The notes under the pieces were generated by a model, which ran no database searches, had not been told where the DNA came from, and saw nothing but the letters and a program-made list of their open reading frames with translations. From assembly GCA_027001995.1 (NCBI GenBank), contig JALTLO010000123.1, positions 1 through 46,761 of the forward strand: a stretch of 46,761 nucleotides of DNA. Reading direction: 5' to 3'. Shown here piece by piece: positions 39,469-46,761 of the stretch (positions within the stretch are counted from its first letter, which is position 1; each line of letters starts with the position of its first letter). The DNA comes from Planctomycetota bacterium (GTDB taxonomy: Bacteria; Planctomycetota; GCA-002687715; DRQF01). A program made the translations under genes and the position numbers.

Positions 39469-39580
39469 AGGGTGCATTCTTCGTCATGCACCCAGGTGTC
39501 ATCAGGATGCAGTGGAGACGGCGGCGCCTTAGCCCCATCTCGCTGACGCCCAACAAGAACACCGCCAGCACTCGCAGCCA

Positions 39581-41701
39581 TCAATAGAGCACCAGCCTTC
39601 TTCCCTGCTCATAGAGAGTCTCCCGTGCTCGAAACGTCTTTGGCCAATGGGACGCCCCTGTTCGCTCGGCAATCTGACGACCTCGTTGAACCAGAAGAAG
39701 TGCTGCTTCGAATTCTCCACTTGCCGCATAAACAGAGGCCAAGGCGTCCAATGCCAGCAAATCACCGAGCTTAACCCGATTGAGAAAACTCTCACCAAGA
39801 GCCACTGCAGACTTAAGTTTGCCCCCGTCAACACCGCTCTTCACCCCTGCCAAAAAAACCTCAATCGTGTCGATGGTCGGACCAGCAAGGCCAAGAGAAC
39901 GCAACTGGGCCACCATGGTCTCTGCTCGAAGAAACTCTCTGGTCTTGAAATAACCCAACATCAAGGCTTCCAAGGCCGGTTGATGCTCGGGATCGATCGC
40001 AATGGCGTTCTCCAGGCATACTCGCCGTTTCTGAGGCTGTTCGGTGGCTTTATAAAGACCGGCAAGATTGACCCAATCCGCAGCAGACCCCTGGGAATCT
40101 TCGGCGGCCCTGCGAAGCATCTCTTCGGCTTCCTGAAACTGTTTGTTCTTAAGGAGCGCAACTCCTAAGGCCGATTTTGCCGCTTGAGAGCCTTGTTCAA
40201 GAGAAAGAGCAGCCCTCAACTCAACAATCGCCCCGGGGTATTTTCCACGACGCGTAAGGGCAATGCCAAGATTGAAGCGGGCCCTTGGATCATCTTTGCC
40301 CAACCGAGCGGCTTCTTCAAAATCGGACAGGGCTTCCACCATCTTGCCCTTGCGCTCATGCACCAAGGCCCGCGTAGTCCAAAGCTCCGCCAAATCCGAC
40401 CGGATACTGAGAGCAGAAGAAACTTGAAAGGCTGCGGCCTCAACATCACCGCGATTCAGAGCATCGTTCGCCAGATTATTATGAGCCATCCAAGAATTGG
40501 GATTGACGTCAATAGCCCTCTTCCAAAGAGCTTCGCTGGAATTGAAGGTGGGGGCGTACCCCATAGTCAAAAAAGTCAGACATAGAACAATGATCAAGCA
40601 GAACCCCTGAAAAAGCTTCTTTCGCTTCGAGAAAAATGAAGCGGAGCAAGAAGCAAAAAGAGCAAAGACGGCAGCAGTGGCATGATATTGGAAATGGTCA
40701 GCAACAAAGCTGTAGCGCATGGGATAGACGTCAATGAGCCCAAGTGCCGGAAATAACATCCCAAGAAAAATAAGAGTGCAGGCCAATGGGCCTCGTCCAA
40801 CCGAAGAACGAAAGGCCGCGAGCAAACCAACAATCAGCAGTAGGGAAAAGAAAAAGGCCCAATCTGCCAAGCCGCCACTCAGCTCCCAACGGGGATAGTT
40901 GAAGCACAGGTTGATTGGCAACAGCAATTTCTGCAGATAGAAAAAGGGAATTCTCGATCCGATCTGAATGCGCTCTATGAATGGCTTTTGCCACTCTGCG
41001 CCCGATGCTCCCACGGAGGTCGCTTCGATATGCGATGTCATGGCCGCCCCCAAGAGTGCAACAAGAAAGAACGGGATAGCGAAGTAGAAAGCTCGTTTGA
41101 GAGACCCTTTCCCCCGAAACCAACAAACGACCAGGAAGACCGCTGGCAAAGTTGCCGTGACCGTCTTGGACGCCATGGCGAAGAGAAAGAACGCAAAGGC
41201 CCACAAATATTGGGCATCAATCTTCCTAGCGCCCTTCATCTCCCATTTCAGCAACCTGCTCAATGAAAGTAAGAAAAAAAGCATCGACAGAACGTTCTTG
41301 CGCTCCGTGATCCACGCGACGCTTTCAACCTGCACCGGATGCAACGCAAAGAGAAATGCTGCGAACCAAGCTCCCTTGAGATCGAGCTGACGTAGCAGCC
41401 GAAAAAGAACAAGAGCACTGCAGAAATGAAGCAGGAGGTTGACGGCGCGAAAGACCTGAGGATTCTCCCCAGCAAGTTGATGCTCAATCCAAAAGCTTGT
41501 GTGGGTTAGGGGATAATATTGTGGGGTGGCGCTTGGATCAGCCCAGATACGTCCCAACCCCCCGAGAGTCTCCAGCTCTACATTCTTAGTAACGTAGAAA
41601 TCATCATCCCAGATGAACCCTCCTTCGGACACCGAATTAAAGTAGGCCACCACCAAGAGCGCAAGCATAAGAATGGTGTTAGGGAGATCGCTCTTGTTCA
41701 T
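39581..41701 (-). CDS. TMTC-like membrane glycosyltransferase (GT-C) with C-terminal TPR repeats
   Basis: FIWDD...N, YYPL...SF, LFALHPVQVESVAWITERK and ADHFQY, followed by TPRs (AHNNLA, ARFNLGIAL). Confidence 0.85.
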   Translation of the reverse strand: MNKSDLPNTILMLALLVVAYFNSVSEGGFIWDDDFYVTKNVELETLGGLGRIWADPSATPQYYPLTHTSFWIEHQLAGENPQVFRAVNLLLHFCSALVLFRLLRQLDLKGAWFAAFLFALHPVQVESVAWITERKNVLSMLFFLLSLSRLLKWEMKGARKIDAQYLWAFAFFLFAMASKTVTATLPAVFLVVCWFRGKGSLKRAFYFAIPFFLVALLGAAMTSHIEATSVGASGAEWQKPFIERIQIGSRIPFFYLQKLLLPINLCFNYPRWELSGGLADWAFFFSLLLIVGLLAAFRSSVGRGPLACTLIFLGMLFPALGLIDVYPMRYSFVADHFQYHATAAVFALFASCSASFFSKRKKLFQGFCLIIVLCLTFLTMGYAPTFNSSEALWKRAIDVNPNSWMAHNNLANDALNRGDVEAAAFQVSSALSIRSDLAELWTTRALVHERKGKMVEALSDFEEAARLGKDDPRARFNLGIALTRRGKYPGAIVELRAALSLEQGSQAAKSALGVALLKNKQFQEAEEMLRRAAEDSQGSAADWVNLAGLYKATEQPQKRRVCLENAIAIDPEHQPALEALMLGYFKTREFLRAETMVAQLRSLGLAGPTIDTIEVFLAGVKSGVDGGKLKSAVALGESFLNRVKLGDLLALDALASVYAASGEFEAALLLVQRGRQIAERTGASHWPKTFRARETLYEQGRRLVLY

Positions 41702-41810
41702 GCTGAATCACTCAATCACGGTACCTTGGCTAGGCAACTCAATTCGAATCGGTGAACCATGGCATGAGTTGCCCCCACGAGAATTTTTCCGAGCCACCCA
41801 TCAGGTCAAT

Positions 41811-42445
41811 TCATTGCAAGACTTCATCCACAGACTCAGTCTCCAAGGCCCGATCGAGGAAGACGTCCAACTGTTCTGCGTCGGCACCATCAATGATTCG
41901 GCATTGTTCCTCTGTCATCTTGGGAAAGCGAGATGCCAAGATGAGTTTCACGGCTTTCAGAAGCGCTTGGCGCTCCTTGGCTCGGCCTTCTTGCAAACCT
42001 TCCTGTAAGCCTTTTTGCACGCCTTCCTATAAACCTTTTTGCAAGCCCTTTTGCAAGCCCTCTTCTCGGCCTTACAGCAAGCCTTCTTCCCGGCCTTCTT
42101 CTCTGAGCTTTTGGCCTGTTGTCTTGATCATAGATTCCATCTCTGGTTCCGTTTGCGGAACGATGCTCGCAATGAGGTCTTGGTGGGCCGCATTCGTTGT
42201 TTGCAGAATATACCATATGGCCGCCCGCACAAAGTTCTCTCCTCTCCTTTCTCGAAAAGCCTGCCCGAAGAAAGACGCCCACTTCCTCAGCAATTCACCA
42301 AAACACGTGTCGCGGAAGTGTTTAAGCAGGAGTAGAGCCAGAACCGCCCCACTGGTGGTGATTTGACGCCGCTGCTGAATTTGGGCATCGGGGATGGTGG
42401 ATAAATCGATCAATTTGTAGCCAAGATCGATGGGAGCTATGCCGC
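41811..42445 (-). pseudogene. Rpn/YhgA-family recombination-promoting nuclease/putative transposase, 5'-truncated, two in-frame stops
   Basis: Y.LIDLSTIPD..I, LLLLKHFRD and M..T....LREEGREEG with EG/KG repeats. TAA at 42072-42074 and TAG at 42027-42029 lie in one frame. C-terminus reads LASRFP...IDGADAEQLD.FLDRAL. Confidence 0.8.
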
Positions 42446-42450
42446 CCCTG

Positions 42451-42482
42451 GCGGCCGCGAGGTCGTGAATTATTCGGGTTAG
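42451..42482 (+). repeat. Isolated right end of the MITE-like element family
   Basis: GCGGCCGCGAGGTCGTGAATTATTCGGG(TTAG), 27/28 identical to 18487-18514; abuts the truncated Rpn gene. Confidence 0.75.
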
Positions 42483-42524
42483 CCCGATAGAAACTTTCCA
42501 TGAGCAAATCCTTTTCTCGATGAC

Positions 42525-44771
42525 CTACCATTGAAGTAACTCCACAGCATTGCTGATGGCGAAGTAGGGGGCTGTGGGGATTCCCATGACAGCTTGGAAG
42601 GTGGCGAAGGGGATGCGGTGAACAAATGGCTGTGGGAACGTTGAGATGAAAGGCATGGTGGCCTGCAAGGAGAGCGCTCCTGTAGCATCCGTGTAGAACA
42701 GATAGTCATGCCCGGCGGTTGGCGTGAAACCATTGCCCCAAATGGTGAGGGCCCCGGGGATGCCTGTCACTGGATCAATGGGACCTCCCATATCCATCTG
42801 GCCGATACCGGGAAAGGTCGCGTTCCTCAGATTGCGGTCACCAGAGAGAAGCATGACTGGCTGCAGAGGCAAACCTTGAAACTCGTAATTCAGGTCCGTG
42901 GGAGAAAAGTTCACGGTCTGATAGATACCATTTTCGCCAGAAGCAACCTCTTGCACGTTGGCATTGGTGGCGCCATTGATGTCAAGGGTGGCCAAACCTG
43001 GTTGAGGGGCTTGCCCATTGAGGGTCGTTGATTCGTCAATGATGGTGACATCATCGATGCTCATGGTGTTGCTATTGCCCCCGATCCCTTCAAAGTAAAT
43101 CACAATCACTTGGTCAATCCAGGGGGAAAGGTCAACTCTGATGAGCCTCCAAACATCTGGACCGGCGTTGAGAAACTGTGTGAATACGGTAGTTGTTAGG
43201 CCTGTAGTCATGGAGTGAACCTTCACACGGAGTTGGGCAGAAGCCAAAGATACCGAACCCCATCTCTCTCGATTGTAATAGAAAGCCAAAGTCGGATTGT
43301 TGAGGCCAAGGAGTTCGATACAAGGACTTTCTAAGCTTCGTTGGGGAGCTCCGATATCCATGGTGGCGAAACGTCCCGAATTGGAAACAGAAGTATGATC
43401 TGTATCTGGAAAATAGCCCGAAAATCCGCCAAATTGCGGTGCCCGGACAAAATACCATTCTTCTTCAAGTCCCAGTGGATTCAGTTCTCCTTGTCTTTGG
43501 TGCCAACCAAAAGGTGGCACAGTCGTGACGGCAGGAGTCGACGTTGGGTAGACCTCATCGTCGAAATCTTCCAGCCAGGGAAACTCAGCTACCACCCCTG
43601 GGCCACCGCCGCGAAAATCGAGTTCTAAGACATCGTTGTCGGGCTGGGTGTCCCCAGGAAAATTCGTCGTCACCCGTACTGTGTGAACTCCAGCTTGTTT
43701 GAGATCGATGGTGTTTGCAAAAGTGAAAGGCAAACTCTCACCAGGATTCAGATTGTTCGCTAACACAAGAGACTCCGTCATCACCACAGAGCCGTCGACA
43801 GACACAGTCATAGGAATGGCTGAGCCCGCTGCGATGGGCGTCAACCCCGGATTGCAAACAACCACCGAAAGCACTTCCGCCGACGAGTAGTATTGACAGC
43901 GTCCCAAGCGTCTAGCTGGCGATCTGATCTCCCCCGCTCCCACATCAATGACACCATTGGCCAACTCAACTTTAGAAGTCATACGAATCAAAGCGGGACT
44001 TCGGGCCACATTCCAAACTCGAAATTCATCGATGCTGCCGTTCCAGGTGTTAACCATAGTGCCAAGACGTCTGCCGATTTGCCACATACTACTATTGCCC
44101 AAGCTAAGACCAGGTACCCCGCTGATACTGATGGGAAAAGCAACGTCAACCAAGGTCGCATCAAAGTACAGAAAGAGAAGGTTGAGAGGAGCATCATAAA
44201 CAAGAGAAACATGTGTCCACGAAAGAAGAGGAATTGGAGGACCAAGACCAGTTACACTCGCTCCTACGCCCCCAATCCTAAAACGGAACCCACCAACAGC
44301 GTCTTCCGGAAAAGACATACTCATACCGACACCGTCTGTGAGGATATCGAACCCTCCTATCGTTGGGAAAGGCTCAGGTTTCAACGCAAACTCAAAAGTG
44401 AACGACCCCGTTGTCGTGAAGAATGAGCCCACATTAACAACATCCAAGCCACCGAATGTCGACGCCGGTTTCCATGATGCATTCCCCAAATAAGGATCAA
44501 TGATGTCCCAACTACTCGGATTCGTTAACGTCGCATTGGTGCTCGGCAGCCCGGGAACTGCCAAGTCTGCTGTTGCAGCCCCAGATCCTTCATTGAAAGG
44601 CAAATACAAAACTTGAGGCAGTTGTCCGTAAGCCGTTGCGGCACTCAGAACAACAACGACAGAGAAAACCAAAAGGAAAGACAGTCGGGATCGGCGACAG
44701 GCGGTCATGAAACTGACTTGGAACCAACACCGTCCTAATTGAATTTGAGGGGACATATTCATGAACTCCAT
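42525..44771 (-). CDS. Secreted protein: LamG/concanavalin-like domain, Ig/CARDB-like domain, MAM-like domain, C-terminal beta domain
   Basis: Signal-like hydrophobic stretch, LPFNEGSG, WTHVSLVYD, WNGSIDEFRVWNVARS, DTQPDND and P.TDHT...G.F..LESP. The start codon is uncertain (44771/44762/44708). Confidence 0.78.
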   Translation of the reverse strand: MEFMNMSPQIQLGRCWFQVSFMTACRRSRLSFLLVFSVVVVLSAATAYGQLPQVLYLPFNEGSGAATADLAVPGLPSTNATLTNPSSWDIIDPYLGNASWKPASTFGGLDVVNVGSFFTTTGSFTFEFALKPEPFPTIGGFDILTDGVGMSMSFPEDAVGGFRFRIGGVGASVTGLGPPIPLLSWTHVSLVYDAPLNLLFLYFDATLVDVAFPISISGVPGLSLGNSSMWQIGRRLGTMVNTWNGSIDEFRVWNVARSPALIRMTSKVELANGVIDVGAGEIRSPARRLGRCQYYSSAEVLSVVVCNPGLTPIAAGSAIPMTVSVDGSVVMTESLVLANNLNPGESLPFTFANTIDLKQAGVHTVRVTTNFPGDTQPDNDVLELDFRGGGPGVVAEFPWLEDFDDEVYPTSTPAVTTVPPFGWHQRQGELNPLGLEEEWYFVRAPQFGGFSGYFPDTDHTSVSNSGRFATMDIGAPQRSLESPCIELLGLNNPTLAFYYNRERWGSVSLASAQLRVKVHSMTTGLTTTVFTQFLNAGPDVWRLIRVDLSPWIDQVIVIYFEGIGGNSNTMSIDDVTIIDESTTLNGQAPQPGLATLDINGATNANVQEVASGENGIYQTVNFSPTDLNYEFQGLPLQPVMLLSGDRNLRNATFPGIGQMDMGGPIDPVTGIPGALTIWGNGFTPTAGHDYLFYTDATGALSLQATMPFISTFPQPFVHRIPFATFQAVMGIPTAPYFAISNAVELLQW

Positions 44772-44786
44772 TGGGTGTCCTTGCGA

Positions 44787-46760
44787 TTAAAGGACATTCT
44801 GTACACGCACAAGAACACTACCACCTTCAAACATCACGTCGACACCGGAAGGGAAGCCGGTGGGAATAAACCAGGCCCCTGCGGGCAGAGAGATTCCGTC
44901 ATAGGGGCCACCAGACCCATAGTTAATCAGAGCGATCCGAAGATAGAGATAATTCCGGTCCCCGGTGTTGCTACCAGGAACAAAATGCCACGCCAAACCA
45001 TAGGGTGCCGCATTAGCTATCCCACCAGTGGCAGTCGGGGCCGTTATCGGGGGCGTCATGTGATCGCCCAACAAGTAATGCTGCCCCGTCAAGTCCATGT
45101 CTGGAGAAATAGCATTCGAATTGGTGGCGATGGGCAGTTGGCGAGGGAGTTTGCAATATTCGATGGGAGGGGTGGCCGTGGGATCGCGAAAGTTGCCCAA
45201 GACCTGTTGCTTCTTGCTAGGATCACATTGGCCTGAGTAATCCAAGCAGTCCATCCTCTGATGAAGGAAGAAGCGAAGAACTTCTTGGGTACTCTCTTCG
45301 TCAGTCGGATCATAAGCTGGAATACTTGACCCCACAATCCCCATAGGAATCTTCAACGTCAACCAATCCCCAGGACGACAAAACCGCATGATGATATCGA
45401 AGTTCTCAAAATCAATAGGGGTGCCTGGGCCAGCGGTTGGGGTCGGAGGCGTCACCTCATAAACTTCCCCCTGCTTCACGTTAAAAGGATAGTTGTTGGC
45501 AAAGAATTCGGAACCATCAAAGATGTGGTGACTTTCGATAGACGGCCCTGTTCCGCCTCCAGAGATAACCCGAGTCAAACGCATGAAGGCAGGGATTCCA
45601 GCGGTATCGAAAAAGTGCGTCTTGTTTTGATCTCGAAACAACATTTGGACGATTCCTCGTCCAGTTTCGGTGGCACTCCTGGGAAGATCCGGAACCATCC
45701 AAGCATTCCATGCGGCATTCCAAATAGCGTCGTCGACTCCCGGTGTTCCTGTCTTGCTGGCGCCAGTATGAAGCAAGGCCGGTTGGTCACCTGTGATATA
45801 TCCGGCGGGACCACTTTGACCGGGGGTTCCAAAACCTGTGATGGAGCCATCAGGATTCCAAAGGACAATGTGATTGTTGGCGTTCCCCAAAACAGATGCA
45901 GTACGAAAGAAAAGGCGGTTATTCGTCGGCACATTGGTAAACGTTGCACCGATCATCATGTTCCGAGGGTCGGCGTTGTAGCCAACATCTGAGATGAGGT
46001 TGATGATGGCCGTTGCCATCCGCGTCCCGCCGGAGCCTGTGGGCACATTGTTAAAATTGACAAACTCAATGTCGTCAACAATGGCTAAACCATCATAGAG
46101 TTCAAAGCCCCAGAGCGCACGATTAGGAGCGAGCTTGAATTGGGGCAAAGGTAAACTACGCCCAACAAGAGCCTCCTCCGTGCTCCAACTAGCTGCAGTT
46201 CCGGTGTTGACAGAATCACCAATGACAAGGGTGTTTTTGAAAGTGGTAATAGCTTCGCCATCACTACCCGGAAAGGCCGTGCTCGCAGTGTAAAGTGCCC
46301 CTTGGCAATCCGCGATTCTCGAATTTTCCCAAAGGACATGACCAAAATTGCGGCTAAAGATGCCGTATTGCCCACATTTGTAGGCGGTGAAACCATCAAC
46401 CTTGAGAGCATGGTTGCTCGCGTCGCCCCATAAAATAACAGCGTCATCGGCGTAGTAGCCATTCGTCCCAGACGAGTGAGCTAAGTTCCCATTGAAAGAC
46501 CAAACTGCCGGGGTGGAGAGCGCTGTCGGGACAGGCACTGGGCTTGGGAAACCACCCTGGGTGCCTGCTGGATTGGTTACGTCAGGAACGATGGTTTGGT
46601 AAGTGAACACTTCATGGGGATTATCAACCCAAAAGCCTGCGCCCTCTGACCCTGCGGAGATGTTGTTGTTGACCGTGCAATCCATGGTCTTGATCCAGAA
46701 TGTCGCTGGTACATCGTCCTCCTCATCAAGCCTCAGCAATATTTTCTGCCCAGTTGGATC
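44787..46760 (-). CDS. CEMIP/TMEM2 (G8-associated) type beta-helix protein, partial (5' end outside window)
   Basis: PATFWI......NNISAGSEGAGFW, F.GNLAHS, DGFTAYK, LVIGDSVNTG...GRSLP...GFELYDG resemble the CEMIP/TMEM2 beta-helix. The frame is open to the window edge. Confidence 0.7.
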   Translation of the reverse strand, partial: DPTGQKILLRLDEEDDVPATFWIKTMDCTVNNNISAGSEGAGFWVDNPHEVFTYQTIVPDVTNPAGTQGGFPSPVPVPTALSTPAVWSFNGNLAHSSGTNGYYADDAVILWGDASNHALKVDGFTAYKCGQYGIFSRNFGHVLWENSRIADCQGALYTASTAFPGSDGEAITTFKNTLVIGDSVNTGTAASWSTEEALVGRSLPLPQFKLAPNRALWGFELYDGLAIVDDIEFVNFNNVPTGSGGTRMATAIINLISDVGYNADPRNMMIGATFTNVPTNNRLFFRTASVLGNANNHIVLWNPDGSITGFGTPGQSGPAGYITGDQPALLHTGASKTGTPGVDDAIWNAAWNAWMVPDLPRSATETGRGIVQMLFRDQNKTHFFDTAGIPAFMRLTRVISGGGTGPSIESHHIFDGSEFFANNYPFNVKQGEVYEVTPPTPTAGPGTPIDFENFDIIMRFCRPGDWLTLKIPMGIVGSSIPAYDPTDEESTQEVLRFFLHQRMDCLDYSGQCDPSKKQQVLGNFRDPTATPPIEYCKLPRQLPIATNSNAISPDMDLTGQHYLLGDHMTPPITAPTATGGIANAAPYGLAWHFVPGSNTGDRNYLYLRIALINYGSGGPYDGISLPAGAWFIPTGFPSGVDVMFEGGSVLVRVQNVL

Positions 46761-46761
46761 C

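Noticed and set aside
41752..42366. 204-aa plus-strand ORF with CKPF/SKPS repeats
   Set aside because: Antisense reading of the Rpn EG/KG repeat tract.
1..46761. CRISPR arrays, tRNA or rRNA genes
   Set aside because: No regularly spaced repeat-spacer units or recognisable structural RNA genes were seen in the intergenic regions.

Overview
This is a bacterial chromosomal window. The gene style (large secreted beta-rich proteins, carboxypeptidase-regulatory-like and TMTC-like TPR proteins) suggests Planctomycetota/PVC, which is an inference. The core is a ~16 kb minus-strand operon (39258->22985): membrane-anchored diheme cytochrome c, narG-narH-narJ-narI, narK, then directly a six-gene alternative complex III (actABCDEF) with no terminal oxidase genes. 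It is preceded by a sigma54-like promoter with IHF-like sites and closed by a perfect hairpin. Nearby are a second NarK fused to a DoxX-like domain and a chemoreceptor with a NarX/McpN-type nitrate-binding box plus two CheW genes. The left end holds a decayed IS91-family transposase, a three-piece mosaic copy of the downstream gene pair joined at 7-bp microhomologies, and a secreted-protein gene whose signal peptide is put out of frame by an 8-bp tandem repeat (candidate phase variation, currently OFF). Also present are an RND efflux pair, a ClC-CBS transporter, a GT87-like and a TMTC-like glycosyltransferase, a SAM methyltransferase, an Rpn/YhgA pseudogene, MITE-like repeat relics, a LamG/MAM-like secreted protein and a partial CEMIP/TMEM2-like beta-helix protein. 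All family calls come from motif recognition by eye; no database searches were run.
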